Part shown: one piece after another, positions 36,007 through 42,219 of the stretch
How the letters are laid out: the number at the start of each line of letters is the position of its first letter
Numbering within the stretch: position 1 is the first letter of the stretch
Source: a virus
Taxonomy: Duplodnaviria; Caudoviricetes
DNA length: 42,219 bases
Strand: one strand, 5' to 3'
IMG/VR virus record: IMGVR_UViG_3300044878_000044
Span: 1 to 42,219 of that record
Notes under the pieces: model-generated
Databases searched by the model: none
The model's input: only the letters and a program-made list of their open reading frames with translations
What the model was told of the DNA's origin: nothing
Translations under genes and position numbers: made by a program

Positions 36007-37020
36007 CTAAGCCACCGATACGACTTTTGGGCTACCAACTTTAAAAAGCTTATTCAGTGGCACCTCAAGCCATGCGTAACATATATACCCCGAGACAAGA
36101 GCCGCCGAGATCAGAATGAGCGACGAGATCATAACGTTCGACTGAAGATGTAAGGCCTTTATAACAACTGCGGAAAGTGACAGTGCAAAGGGGTGGAATA
36201 AATAAAGCGAGTAGGAAGAGTCTCCAAGCACTTTAAATGACCACAGTATTTTTTTGTGGCTGGCCTTTTTTAGGTCCGACTCAAAACCGACAAAGCCAAT
36301 GAATATGCAAAGCATTGGAAGGCCAAAGCAGAGCGCTCGGTATGGCGTTTTCCCATACTCAGAAAATGCACACAGCGCAATCATCCCCAAAATAATTAAG
36401 CCAGCATTTATCAACTTGTGGCCTGAATATTTCTGCAGGTAAAGGTAGGCCGCCATACCCATGGCGAACTCCAAGAGTAGCGAGCTGGTTAGAAAACCTA
36501 ATGCGGCGCCGCTCGGCTCAAGCAGGAGGCCTGCACAAACAAGCGAACAGAGTACGATTATTGTATTTCGTATTTTGTTATCAGCATTAATGGAAATAGA
36601 GGCCGCGAAAAGTATATAGAATAAAAACTCAAAGCTTAATGTCCATCCATTCTGTATTAGTAGTTTTTCACCAATCGGGAACAGGGTGAAGGAATGCAGA
36701 ACGGTGGTGGTTCCGCCACTGCTATTCACCAGTTCAGGCCGCATGATGAATATGGCGAGTGCTACAAGACTCAAAAACCAATACAAAGGGATGATTCGTT
36801 TAACTCGCGCCAACATAAAAGATGTCGGTGAGATTGCTTTCTTCTCTGTTGCTTTACACATGATAAAGCCTGAAATTATAAAGAACAGATCAACTCCAGC
36901 TGGACCAATAGAAAACCACTCTCCCTTGTATCCTGATAGCTGACTAGTCTTTGTAAAAACGTGAGATATCACAACTAGCAGTGCGGCAAATCCGCGTAGG
37001 TATTGCACTGAGTAAACCAT
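36007..37020 (-). CDS. Acyltransferase-3 family membrane O-acetyltransferase (moron)
   Basis: QYLRGFAALLVVISH, GVDLFFIISGF, RVKRIIP, WTLSFE, SYSLYLFH, LEVP; AT-rich, opposite strand, AAGGAG RBS. Confidence 0.92.
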   Translation of the reverse strand: MVYSVQYLRGFAALLVVISHVFTKTSQLSGYKGEWFSIGPAGVDLFFIISGFIMCKATEKKAISPTSFMLARVKRIIPLYWFLSLVALAIFIMRPELVNSSGGTTTVLHSFTLFPIGEKLLIQNGWTLSFEFLFYILFAASISINADNKIRNTIIVLCSLVCAGLLLEPSGAALGFLTSSLLLEFAMGMAAYLYLQKYSGHKLINAGLIILGMIALCAFSEYGKTPYRALCFGLPMLCIFIGFVGFESDLKKASHKKILWSFKVLGDSSYSLYLFHPFALSLSAVVIKALHLQSNVMISSLILISAALVSGYICYAWLEVPLNKLFKVGSPKVVSVA

Positions 37021-37095
37021 TAACGCTCCTTATTAAGCTTCCAGCTTTGTGGTCGGTCCGATTGAAAAAACAATTGAATATACAGGAGAAAAGGA

Positions 37096-37647
37096 ATGCC
37101 TATCACCCAGCAGCAACTCCTGCAGATCCTTCCGAAGTCCGGCAAGCAGGCCGGCGTGTTCGCCTCGGCGCTAACCCTGGCCATGGATCGCTTCCAGATC
37201 AATACGCGCCTGCGCATGGCTGCCTTCATTGCCCAGGTCGGTCATGAGTCCGGCCAGTTCCGCTACGTGCGCGAGCTGGGCGGCGACCAGTACCTGAGCA
37301 AGTACGACACCGGCACGCTGGCCGCTCGCCTGGGCAATACGCCCGAGGCTGACGGCGATGGGCAGCTCTACCGTGGCCGTGGGCTTTTGCAGATCACCGG
37401 GCACGACAACTACCTCGCGTGCAGCAAAGCGCTGTTCGGCGATGATCGATTGCTTCGCACGCCTGAGTTGCTCGAGCAGGCCGAATGGGCGTGCAAGTCG
37501 GCAGCCTGGTTCTGGAATTCCCGCAACCTGAACGCGCTGGCTGATAAGGGTGACTTCCAAGGGATTACCCGTCGTATCAATGGCGGACTGAACGGCCTGG
37601 CAGAGCGCTTGGAGTTCTACGAGCGCGCCAAGAAGGCTCTTGCGTAA
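37096..37647 (+). CDS. Endolysin, glycoside hydrolase family 19
   Basis: AAFIAQVGHES, YRGRGLLQITGHDNY, SAAWFW, ITRRINGG. Confidence 0.93.
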   Translation: MPITQQQLLQILPKSGKQAGVFASALTLAMDRFQINTRLRMAAFIAQVGHESGQFRYVRELGGDQYLSKYDTGTLAARLGNTPEADGDGQLYRGRGLLQITGHDNYLACSKALFGDDRLLRTPELLEQAEWACKSAAWFWNSRNLNALADKGDFQGITRRINGGLNGLAERLEFYERAKKALA

Positions 37648-37662
37648 CAGGAGATTGGTCGG

Positions 37663-37941
37663 TCATGGCGTCAGGTCCAGCGCAGACGACCCGGCATAGG
37701 CGATGACGGCTGATCGATCTGACCTGTTCCCCCATGTGAATTGGAGAGGTCGCCAGAGCCTGTCCGGCTTTACATTGTCTACCTTCATCTTGAAGTTGAC
37801 GTCCCAAGTATTAACCGTTCCATCCTCGTTCAGAGATTCAACAACAAGCGCCGTGACGTCCGGTCCGGGCGAGCTAAATCTGAATAGGTACGCAACCCCG
37901 GTCTTTATTTTGAACCCCTGCTGATCTATGTAATCGCTCAT
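37663..37941 (-). CDS. Hypothetical protein
   Basis: 92-aa ORF, GAGG upstream, somewhat AT-richer. Confidence 0.55.
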   Translation of the reverse strand: MSDYIDQQGFKIKTGVAYLFRFSSPGPDVTALVVESLNEDGTVNTWDVNFKMKVDNVKPDRLWRPLQFTWGNRSDRSAVIAYAGSSALDLTP

Positions 37942-37974
37942 CCCTGCCGCCTCATCAGTTATTGGTTGTCGCAT

Positions 37975-37995
37975 CCGGGGGATTTAAACCCCCGG
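37975..37995 (-). other. Degenerate att core resembling a tmRNA/tRNA T-arm
   Basis: Minus strand CCGGGGG-TTTAAAT-CCCCCGG; lies at the late/early convergence point. Confidence 0.5.
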
Positions 37996-38062
37996 TCGGT
38001 CGTTGTATTCCGTGGCCTGTAGCGGTGTGGTAGCTGAAAAGCTGCTGAAACCGCATTTAGGC

Positions 38063-38096
38063 GTGACTGATAGTCCCTTGCGAGTCACCTTTTTTT
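38063..38096 (+). terminator. Terminator-like hairpin overlapping a degenerate 18-bp palindrome
   Basis: GTGACT...AGTCAC then T7; AGTCCCT-TGCG-AGTCACC at 38072-38089. Confidence 0.5.
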
Positions 38097-38103
38097 CCGA
38101 TGC

Positions 38104-38769
38104 TCAGTGTGTCGCATCATCGGCGGCAAGATCCCGCTGGATTTCAGCTTTTCGCCGCTCATACCAGTGACTCCAAGTGCGAACCTCTCCGCGCTTGCGG
38201 ATAGTCACGCCTCGCTGCTTCAGTGTCCTTGCGCGCGCTGCGCTCACAGGGCGATCACTGAAGGACGGATCGGCGTATTGCTTGTCGAGCCACTCTATCG
38301 AATGCTGCTTGTCATATTTTCGGTAGTTCCGGCTCGGCTTACTGGTCGACAGCCAAGCCTCAAGCTTCGACTTTGAAATCTGGCCACCAAAGAAGCAGTA
38401 GCAGGAATGAAGCTTCTCAATCGTGCATACGCCAACCTGAACAACGGGCTCTGGACGGCTGGGGTCGAATTCGTCCCACACCTGACCATCACACTCAAGT
38501 GATCCGCCATCATCCAGCGCGATGGTGAATTTACGTCCTGCGAACGCGTCAGTGGTGCCCGGTCGCTCCACCATGAAGGAATAGAAGCCGCTGTCATTCG
38601 CCATCAGTCGACGCTGCTTGCGGTAGCCGTGCCAAGTTTCCTCTTCGCCGCGCCGGTAGATAAATTCAGGCATGCGGTCAACGACAACGGAATACTGGGT
38701 GTGCTTGCCGTAGAGGCTTGTGGTGACGATTACGTCGATTATCTGGATTTCTGCCTTGTCGATGTTCAT
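38104..38769 (-). CDS. Hypothetical protein
   Basis: 221 aa, AAGGAG RBS, ATGA overlap. Confidence 0.75.
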   Translation of the reverse strand: MNIDKAEIQIIDVIVTTSLYGKHTQYSVVVDRMPEFIYRRGEEETWHGYRKQRRLMANDSGFYSFMVERPGTTDAFAGRKFTIALDDGGSLECDGQVWDEFDPSRPEPVVQVGVCTIEKLHSCYCFFGGQISKSKLEAWLSTSKPSRNYRKYDKQHSIEWLDKQYADPSFSDRPVSAARARTLKQRGVTIRKRGEVRTWSHWYERRKAEIQRDLAADDATH

Positions 38770-38975
38770 TGCGCCCGCTCCTTGCTGTTCTCCACTGCCC
38801 CGCGATAAATCGCCCACTTGTCCCAGTGAATGCACGACTCATCGTCGCTCGCTTCGTGGTGCCACATGAAGTGGCCGCTGTCGAGCTGGATCAGGGCGTA
38901 GCCTTCGGGCATCTTGGCGAAACCCAGGCGGTTGGTGTGGTCGATTGCTCCGGTGTCCTGGTAGTAGTAGCTCAT
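38766..38975 (-). CDS. Hypothetical protein
   Basis: 69 aa, coupled to the next gene. Confidence 0.7.
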   Translation of the reverse strand: MSYYYQDTGAIDHTNRLGFAKMPEGYALIQLDSGHFMWHHEASDDESCIHWDKWAIYRGAVENSKERAQ

Positions 38976-38984
38976 GTCTCGCCC

Positions 38985-39794
38985 TCAGTATGGGATGCAC
39001 TTTTCGCAGGCGGCAGTCCAGCCGGGAGTTCCGCAGCCTGAGCACGGCTCAAGCTCGGGGCAGCCTCGTTCTTCTGGTCGAGACCAAAGGTCTTCCGGAT
39101 CTGCTTTGGCAGCCAACCCCTCGACAGCCTTGCTGTAAATGAACTTGATCAGATCCCATGGAATCATGTGTTTCTGTTCGTACTCGCCTTCACCGTCGCA
39201 GATTTCGCAATACTCGTCCGGCTCATCCAGATCGACGCACTCGGGACAGTCGTTGGTTACGCGAACATTGAACTCGCCGAGCAGAAGCGCTTTCGCCCCA
39301 TTCTCAGCAGTCAGCCTTCTCGGCATGACGCAGTAGCCGTCGGGTATCGTGGTGATGCTGTGCGACTCCCGAAGCTCAGCCCGCAGCGAGGCGATGAGGT
39401 TCTTCTGCTGCTCGACGACTGTGTTCAGGCGGTCGACCTCGCCGGCATCGGATCGGGTGAAGAGTGCGCGCGTTTCGTATCCTGGCCATTCACCAGGATT
39501 CGCGATAACCATCAGGTGATGCTCATAACTGCATGGCTGCCAGTCTTTTTGCGACGTGAAGCGTGACTGCCCGGCCACCGGCTGCGCATCAGCTTTCGGT
39601 GTGGCAACTAGCGCGGACTCTTGCCCAAGCTGGAAGTAGTACCAAGCTGACGACTTCCGGTCTGCCATGCTCCGGTTCTTGGCCAGCTCGCAGCCATAAG
39701 TGTTCAGTTCAGGGATGAAGTACAGGCCCTGCTCGTCATTTGTCTGGCCCCATCGGGCCTCAAACTGGTCTCGCATCTCTTCCTTGCTCATCAT
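38985..39794 (-). CDS. Mosaic hypothetical protein with zinc-finger motifs
   Basis: LTAENGAKALL, CPEC...CEICDGEG, CSGC...CEKC. Confidence 0.75.
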   Translation of the reverse strand: MMSKEEMRDQFEARWGQTNDEQGLYFIPELNTYGCELAKNRSMADRKSSAWYYFQLGQESALVATPKADAQPVAGQSRFTSQKDWQPCSYEHHLMVIANPGEWPGYETRALFTRSDAGEVDRLNTVVEQQKNLIASLRAELRESHSITTIPDGYCVMPRRLTAENGAKALLLGEFNVRVTNDCPECVDLDEPDEYCEICDGEGEYEQKHMIPWDLIKFIYSKAVEGLAAKADPEDLWSRPEERGCPELEPCSGCGTPGWTAACEKCIPY

Positions 39795-39967
39795 TCGCCT
39801 TTCCTCTTTCCTTTGTGGCCGCAGATAACTCCGAAGGCATAAGGTGCAAACGGCATTGGCTTGCGAGCCATCTCAAAACAATTCCAGATACAGGCCAACA
39901 GTAGCGCCCATGGCGTGAACTTCCAGAATGACAACACTGGCCACATGAAGCGCTTTGGCTTGCTCAT
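39791..39967 (-). CDS. 58-aa hydrophobic protein (not in ORF track)
   Basis: MSKPKRFMWPVLSFWKFTPWALLLACIWNC...; ATGA overlaps both sides. Confidence 0.6.
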   Translation of the reverse strand: MSKPKRFMWPVLSFWKFTPWALLLACIWNCFEMARKPMPFAPYAFGVICGHKGKRKGE

Positions 39968-40149
39968 GAGTTGATAGCTCGACTCGCCAGCGCTTCAAGC
40001 TCCGAGGCCTGACGAGAAAAATCGTCGTAATCCCACTTCGGATGTTCGTTGCGCGCTTCGCATCCGGCGTTGTCTGCCTGCATGCCGAGCACGTATGCGT
40101 TATTAGCCAAGATCAGGGCCATAATTTGAAGCTGCTCATTGCTCATCAC
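39964..40149 (-). CDS. Hypothetical protein
   Basis: 61 aa, AAGGGGTG RBS. Confidence 0.65.
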   Translation of the reverse strand: MMSNEQLQIMALILANNAYVLGMQADNAGCEARNEHPKWDYDDFSRQASELEALASRAINS

Positions 40150-40161
40150 TCACCCCTTCGT

Positions 40162-40407
40162 TTATTTGTCGCCGGACTGCCCGGCCTCATTTGCCAGCGC
40201 CTCAAGCGCGAACTGCACGGTGTACGGTGCTTTGCGGTACGTTTCGTGGTCGGTGGCCACTAGGTAGTAGCGCAGCGCCCGGTCACTCATGCCGAGTGCG
40301 GCGGCAGCCTTTCGCTGGCTGATGCCGGCCTTCTCCAGCAGCCCGCGCAGATATGCCGGGTCTGGGTTGTACAGTGAGGCATCAGGCTTCATTTGATTTG
40401 GCTTCAT
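40162..40407 (-). CDS. aca1: Anti-CRISPR-associated protein Aca1 homologue
   Basis: PDAS.Y.PDPAYLRGLLEKAGISQRKAA..LGMSDR.LRYYL...YRKAPYTVQFALEALAN closely matches JBD30 Aca1 as recalled; start 40407 or 40392. Confidence 0.9.
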   Translation of the reverse strand: MKPNQMKPDASLYNPDPAYLRGLLEKAGISQRKAAAALGMSDRALRYYLVATDHETYRKAPYTVQFALEALANEAGQSGDK

Positions 40408-40945
40408 CTTCAATCGCCGCGTCGATAGCTGCATCGTCCAGATGCTCGAACCATGCCGCCGCATTGAATTCGTGAACGTGGTGATAGCTGCCGGTGTCGT
40501 AGTTGTTGGCTCGAAGCCAGCGATGGCGCTCGGCATCCTTCCTGTCCCGATCCATGATCTTGTCGGCCTGGCGCATGTCACCCTGCGAGCATTCAAGTAG
40601 AGCGGAAAGGCGTTTGTTATCGATCCTGAGCTGTTCGCGCTCAGCCATTGCGACTTTGACGAAATCAATAGCCTGCTGAAGTGGCGCATCCTCGGTCATA
40701 TCTGCATGGGTTAGGGCTATCGCGGACAGCTCGCCAGCGATTCGAACGAAAGCCTTTTGCCATTGGCCTGCATCCGCCATCGCAGCCTCGCGGGAAGCCT
40801 GCCATGCCCACCAACCAGTCTTGACCCAGTCGCAATCATAGGAGCCATCAGGTCGAAGCTTGAGGACTTCCTCTCGCTCTTCCTCGAAGCTGTTGATCGC
40901 AATGTAGGCCGCCTCGAACTCTTCGCGAATCTTGTTGATATCCAT
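40382..40945 (-). CDS. 187-aa protein in the acr position upstream of aca1
   Basis: First gene after the operator-bearing promoter; overlaps aca1 start; acidic, helical. Confidence 0.75.
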   Translation of the reverse strand: MDINKIREEFEAAYIAINSFEEEREEVLKLRPDGSYDCDWVKTGWWAWQASREAAMADAGQWQKAFVRIAGELSAIALTHADMTEDAPLQQAIDFVKVAMAEREQLRIDNKRLSALLECSQGDMRQADKIMDRDRKDAERHRWLRANNYDTGSYHHVHEFNAAAWFEHLDDAAIDAAIEDEAKSNEA

Positions 40946-40994
40946 CCCGTCCCACTCCGATATTCGCCTCGCCCGATTGGCTGGCATGGGCCTT

Positions 40995-41023
40995 ACTATA
41001 GGAACACTGTTCCTACCTTGCAA
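40995..41023 (-). promoter_or_regulatory. Sigma70 promoter with Aca1-type inverted repeat
   Basis: Minus strand TTGCAA-N17-TATAGT; 17-bp palindrome TAGGAACA-C-TGTTCCTA at 40999-41015. Confidence 0.88.
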
Positions 41024-42185
41024 GAGCCTGAGCAGGATATTTTTCAGCGCTGCCAAACATCGCCGCCGCTTTATCTCCAGACGAGTCGCCATCGGTTGGA
41101 ATCCAGCGCCCGTATACCCGGGCAATCATCAACCACGACGCATGCCCCATCTGCTTCGCCACCCACATCGGATGCTCGCCCGCGCTCAGCATCATCGAGG
41201 CGTAGGTGTGCCGGGTCTGGTACGGGTTCCGGTAGCGCACGCCGGCCCGGCGGATGGTCGGCGTCCAGAGTGACTTGCGCAGCTCCTGGTCACCGTTGAA
41301 TGCCCGGTTGTGCCTCGGGTCGTGGAAAACGGCCTTCCCTTCTATATAGGTGTGCTCGCGCTGGGACTTCAGTGCCTCGAACGACATCGGCAGCAGACGC
41401 ACGCTACGCACCCCGGCCGCTGTCTTCGGCGTCTCTGCCTCACTGGCCGCCGCCGTCAGCCCTCGCGACACCCTCACTTCCCCGCGATGCCAGTCGATGT
41501 CGCCCCACTCCAGCGCCACAAGCTCCGACGTGCGCAGCCCGGTCCAGAAGGCGAACTGCAACAGGTTCCGATACTGCCCGGTCGCTGCCGCCAGAATGGC
41601 CCGCTGTTCGTCCGGACTGAACGGGTCGATCTCGTCCTCGGTGCGCGGCTTGCCCTTCACTGAATACGTCCAGCCGGCCAGTGGGTTCGACTCGATCAGC
41701 TCGTCGTCCACGGCATCGCTCAGGGCCGATCTCAGGCATGACTGAGCGTTGGCCAGCCGCTTGTTCGTCGCCGACATCCTGGCCATGGCCGCCTTGACCT
41801 CTTTGCGCGTGACCGAGGCCAGCGCCAGGCTGCCCAGCGTCGGGACCAGAACACCGGCAACGATCTTGCGGTAACCGTCCAGCGTGGACGCCTTCAGGAT
41901 GCCGGCCTTGCGCTCAAGCCATTCGTCCAGGTACTGGCCCAGCGGCACCTGTCCCGACTGGCCGACAGCCGACGCCGCCCGCTTCGACCGTGGAAACGCC
42001 TCGGCATAGTCGAATTCCCCCCGGTGAATCGCCAGATCAATCGAGGCCTTCTGCTGCTGCGCCCGCTTCAGGTTGGCCGGAGTAGGCTCCAACGGCAGGC
42101 GCTCCCGGCACTGCTTGCCGTCGACCATAAAGCTGATCTCGATACTGCTTTTCGATGCCGCACGCACCCCGCGCTTCGCAGCCAT
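41013..42185 (-). CDS. int: Tyrosine integrase with N-terminal arm-binding domain
   Basis: TGLRTSEL, PKT, YQTRH, QMGH, RVYG catalytic motifs; uninterrupted 390 aa. Confidence 0.95.
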   Translation of the reverse strand: MAAKRGVRAASKSSIEISFMVDGKQCRERLPLEPTPANLKRAQQQKASIDLAIHRGEFDYAEAFPRSKRAASAVGQSGQVPLGQYLDEWLERKAGILKASTLDGYRKIVAGVLVPTLGSLALASVTRKEVKAAMARMSATNKRLANAQSCLRSALSDAVDDELIESNPLAGWTYSVKGKPRTEDEIDPFSPDEQRAILAAATGQYRNLLQFAFWTGLRTSELVALEWGDIDWHRGEVRVSRGLTAAASEAETPKTAAGVRSVRLLPMSFEALKSQREHTYIEGKAVFHDPRHNRAFNGDQELRKSLWTPTIRRAGVRYRNPYQTRHTYASMMLSAGEHPMWVAKQMGHASWLMIARVYGRWIPTDGDSSGDKAAAMFGSAEKYPAQALAR

Positions 42186-42219
42186 ACGCCACCCCTGACG
42201 ATTCGTTTAGTTGGCCGAC

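Noticed and set aside
37960-38030. tRNA or tmRNA gene
   Set aside because: Only a T-arm-like hairpin; no acceptor, D or anticodon arms
1-42219. CRISPR array or solitary CRISPR repeat (RNA anti-CRISPR) near the aca genes
   Set aside because: No repeat-spacer periodicity; no I-C, I-E or I-F repeat recognised by eye in 5445-5487 or 40946-40994; a diverged repeat cannot be excluded without a search
1-42219. Complete circular genome
   Set aside because: No terminal overlap, window starts mid-gene, and cI/cro/xis/recombination genes are missing
1-42219. Diversity-generating retroelement or tail-fibre invertase
   Set aside because: No reverse transcriptase or serine invertase ORF; no template/variable repeat pair noticed

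Overview
Near-complete genome of a lambdoid, long-tailed temperate phage, probably of a Pseudomonas host (inferred from gene content and high GC). The immunity region (cI/cro) is outside the window. Gene order: replication (initiator with internal iterons, DnaB) - ParA/ParG-type partition cassette - nin-like accessory region (NinB, NinG, HNH, Ser/Thr phosphatase, T5 A1-like phosphoesterase) - Q-like antiterminator - holin - terminase/head/tail genes (lambda-type GGGAAAG frameshift) - tailspike - acyltransferase moron - GH19 endolysin - att-like remnant - leftward early genes - tyrosine integrase. Main findings: (1) three anti-CRISPR-associated (Aca)-like HTH genes: a clear Aca1 homologue with an Aca1-type operator in its promoter, a second Aca-like regulator with its own operator pair, and a truncated Aca4/TrfB-like gene at the window edge; the unknown genes upstream of the two complete ones are candidate new anti-defence genes; (2) a type Ib partition system with four clusters of in-phase 9-bp repeats, one inside a CDS, plus a degenerate tmRNA-like att core, suggesting an integrative phage turning into a phage-plasmid; (3) an 18-bp palindrome RGTCYCT-N4-AGRGACY at five intergenic sites across the genome, overlapping the -10 box of at least two promoters; (4) several structured RNA elements. 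All family assignments come from motif recognition or recalled sequences, not database searches.
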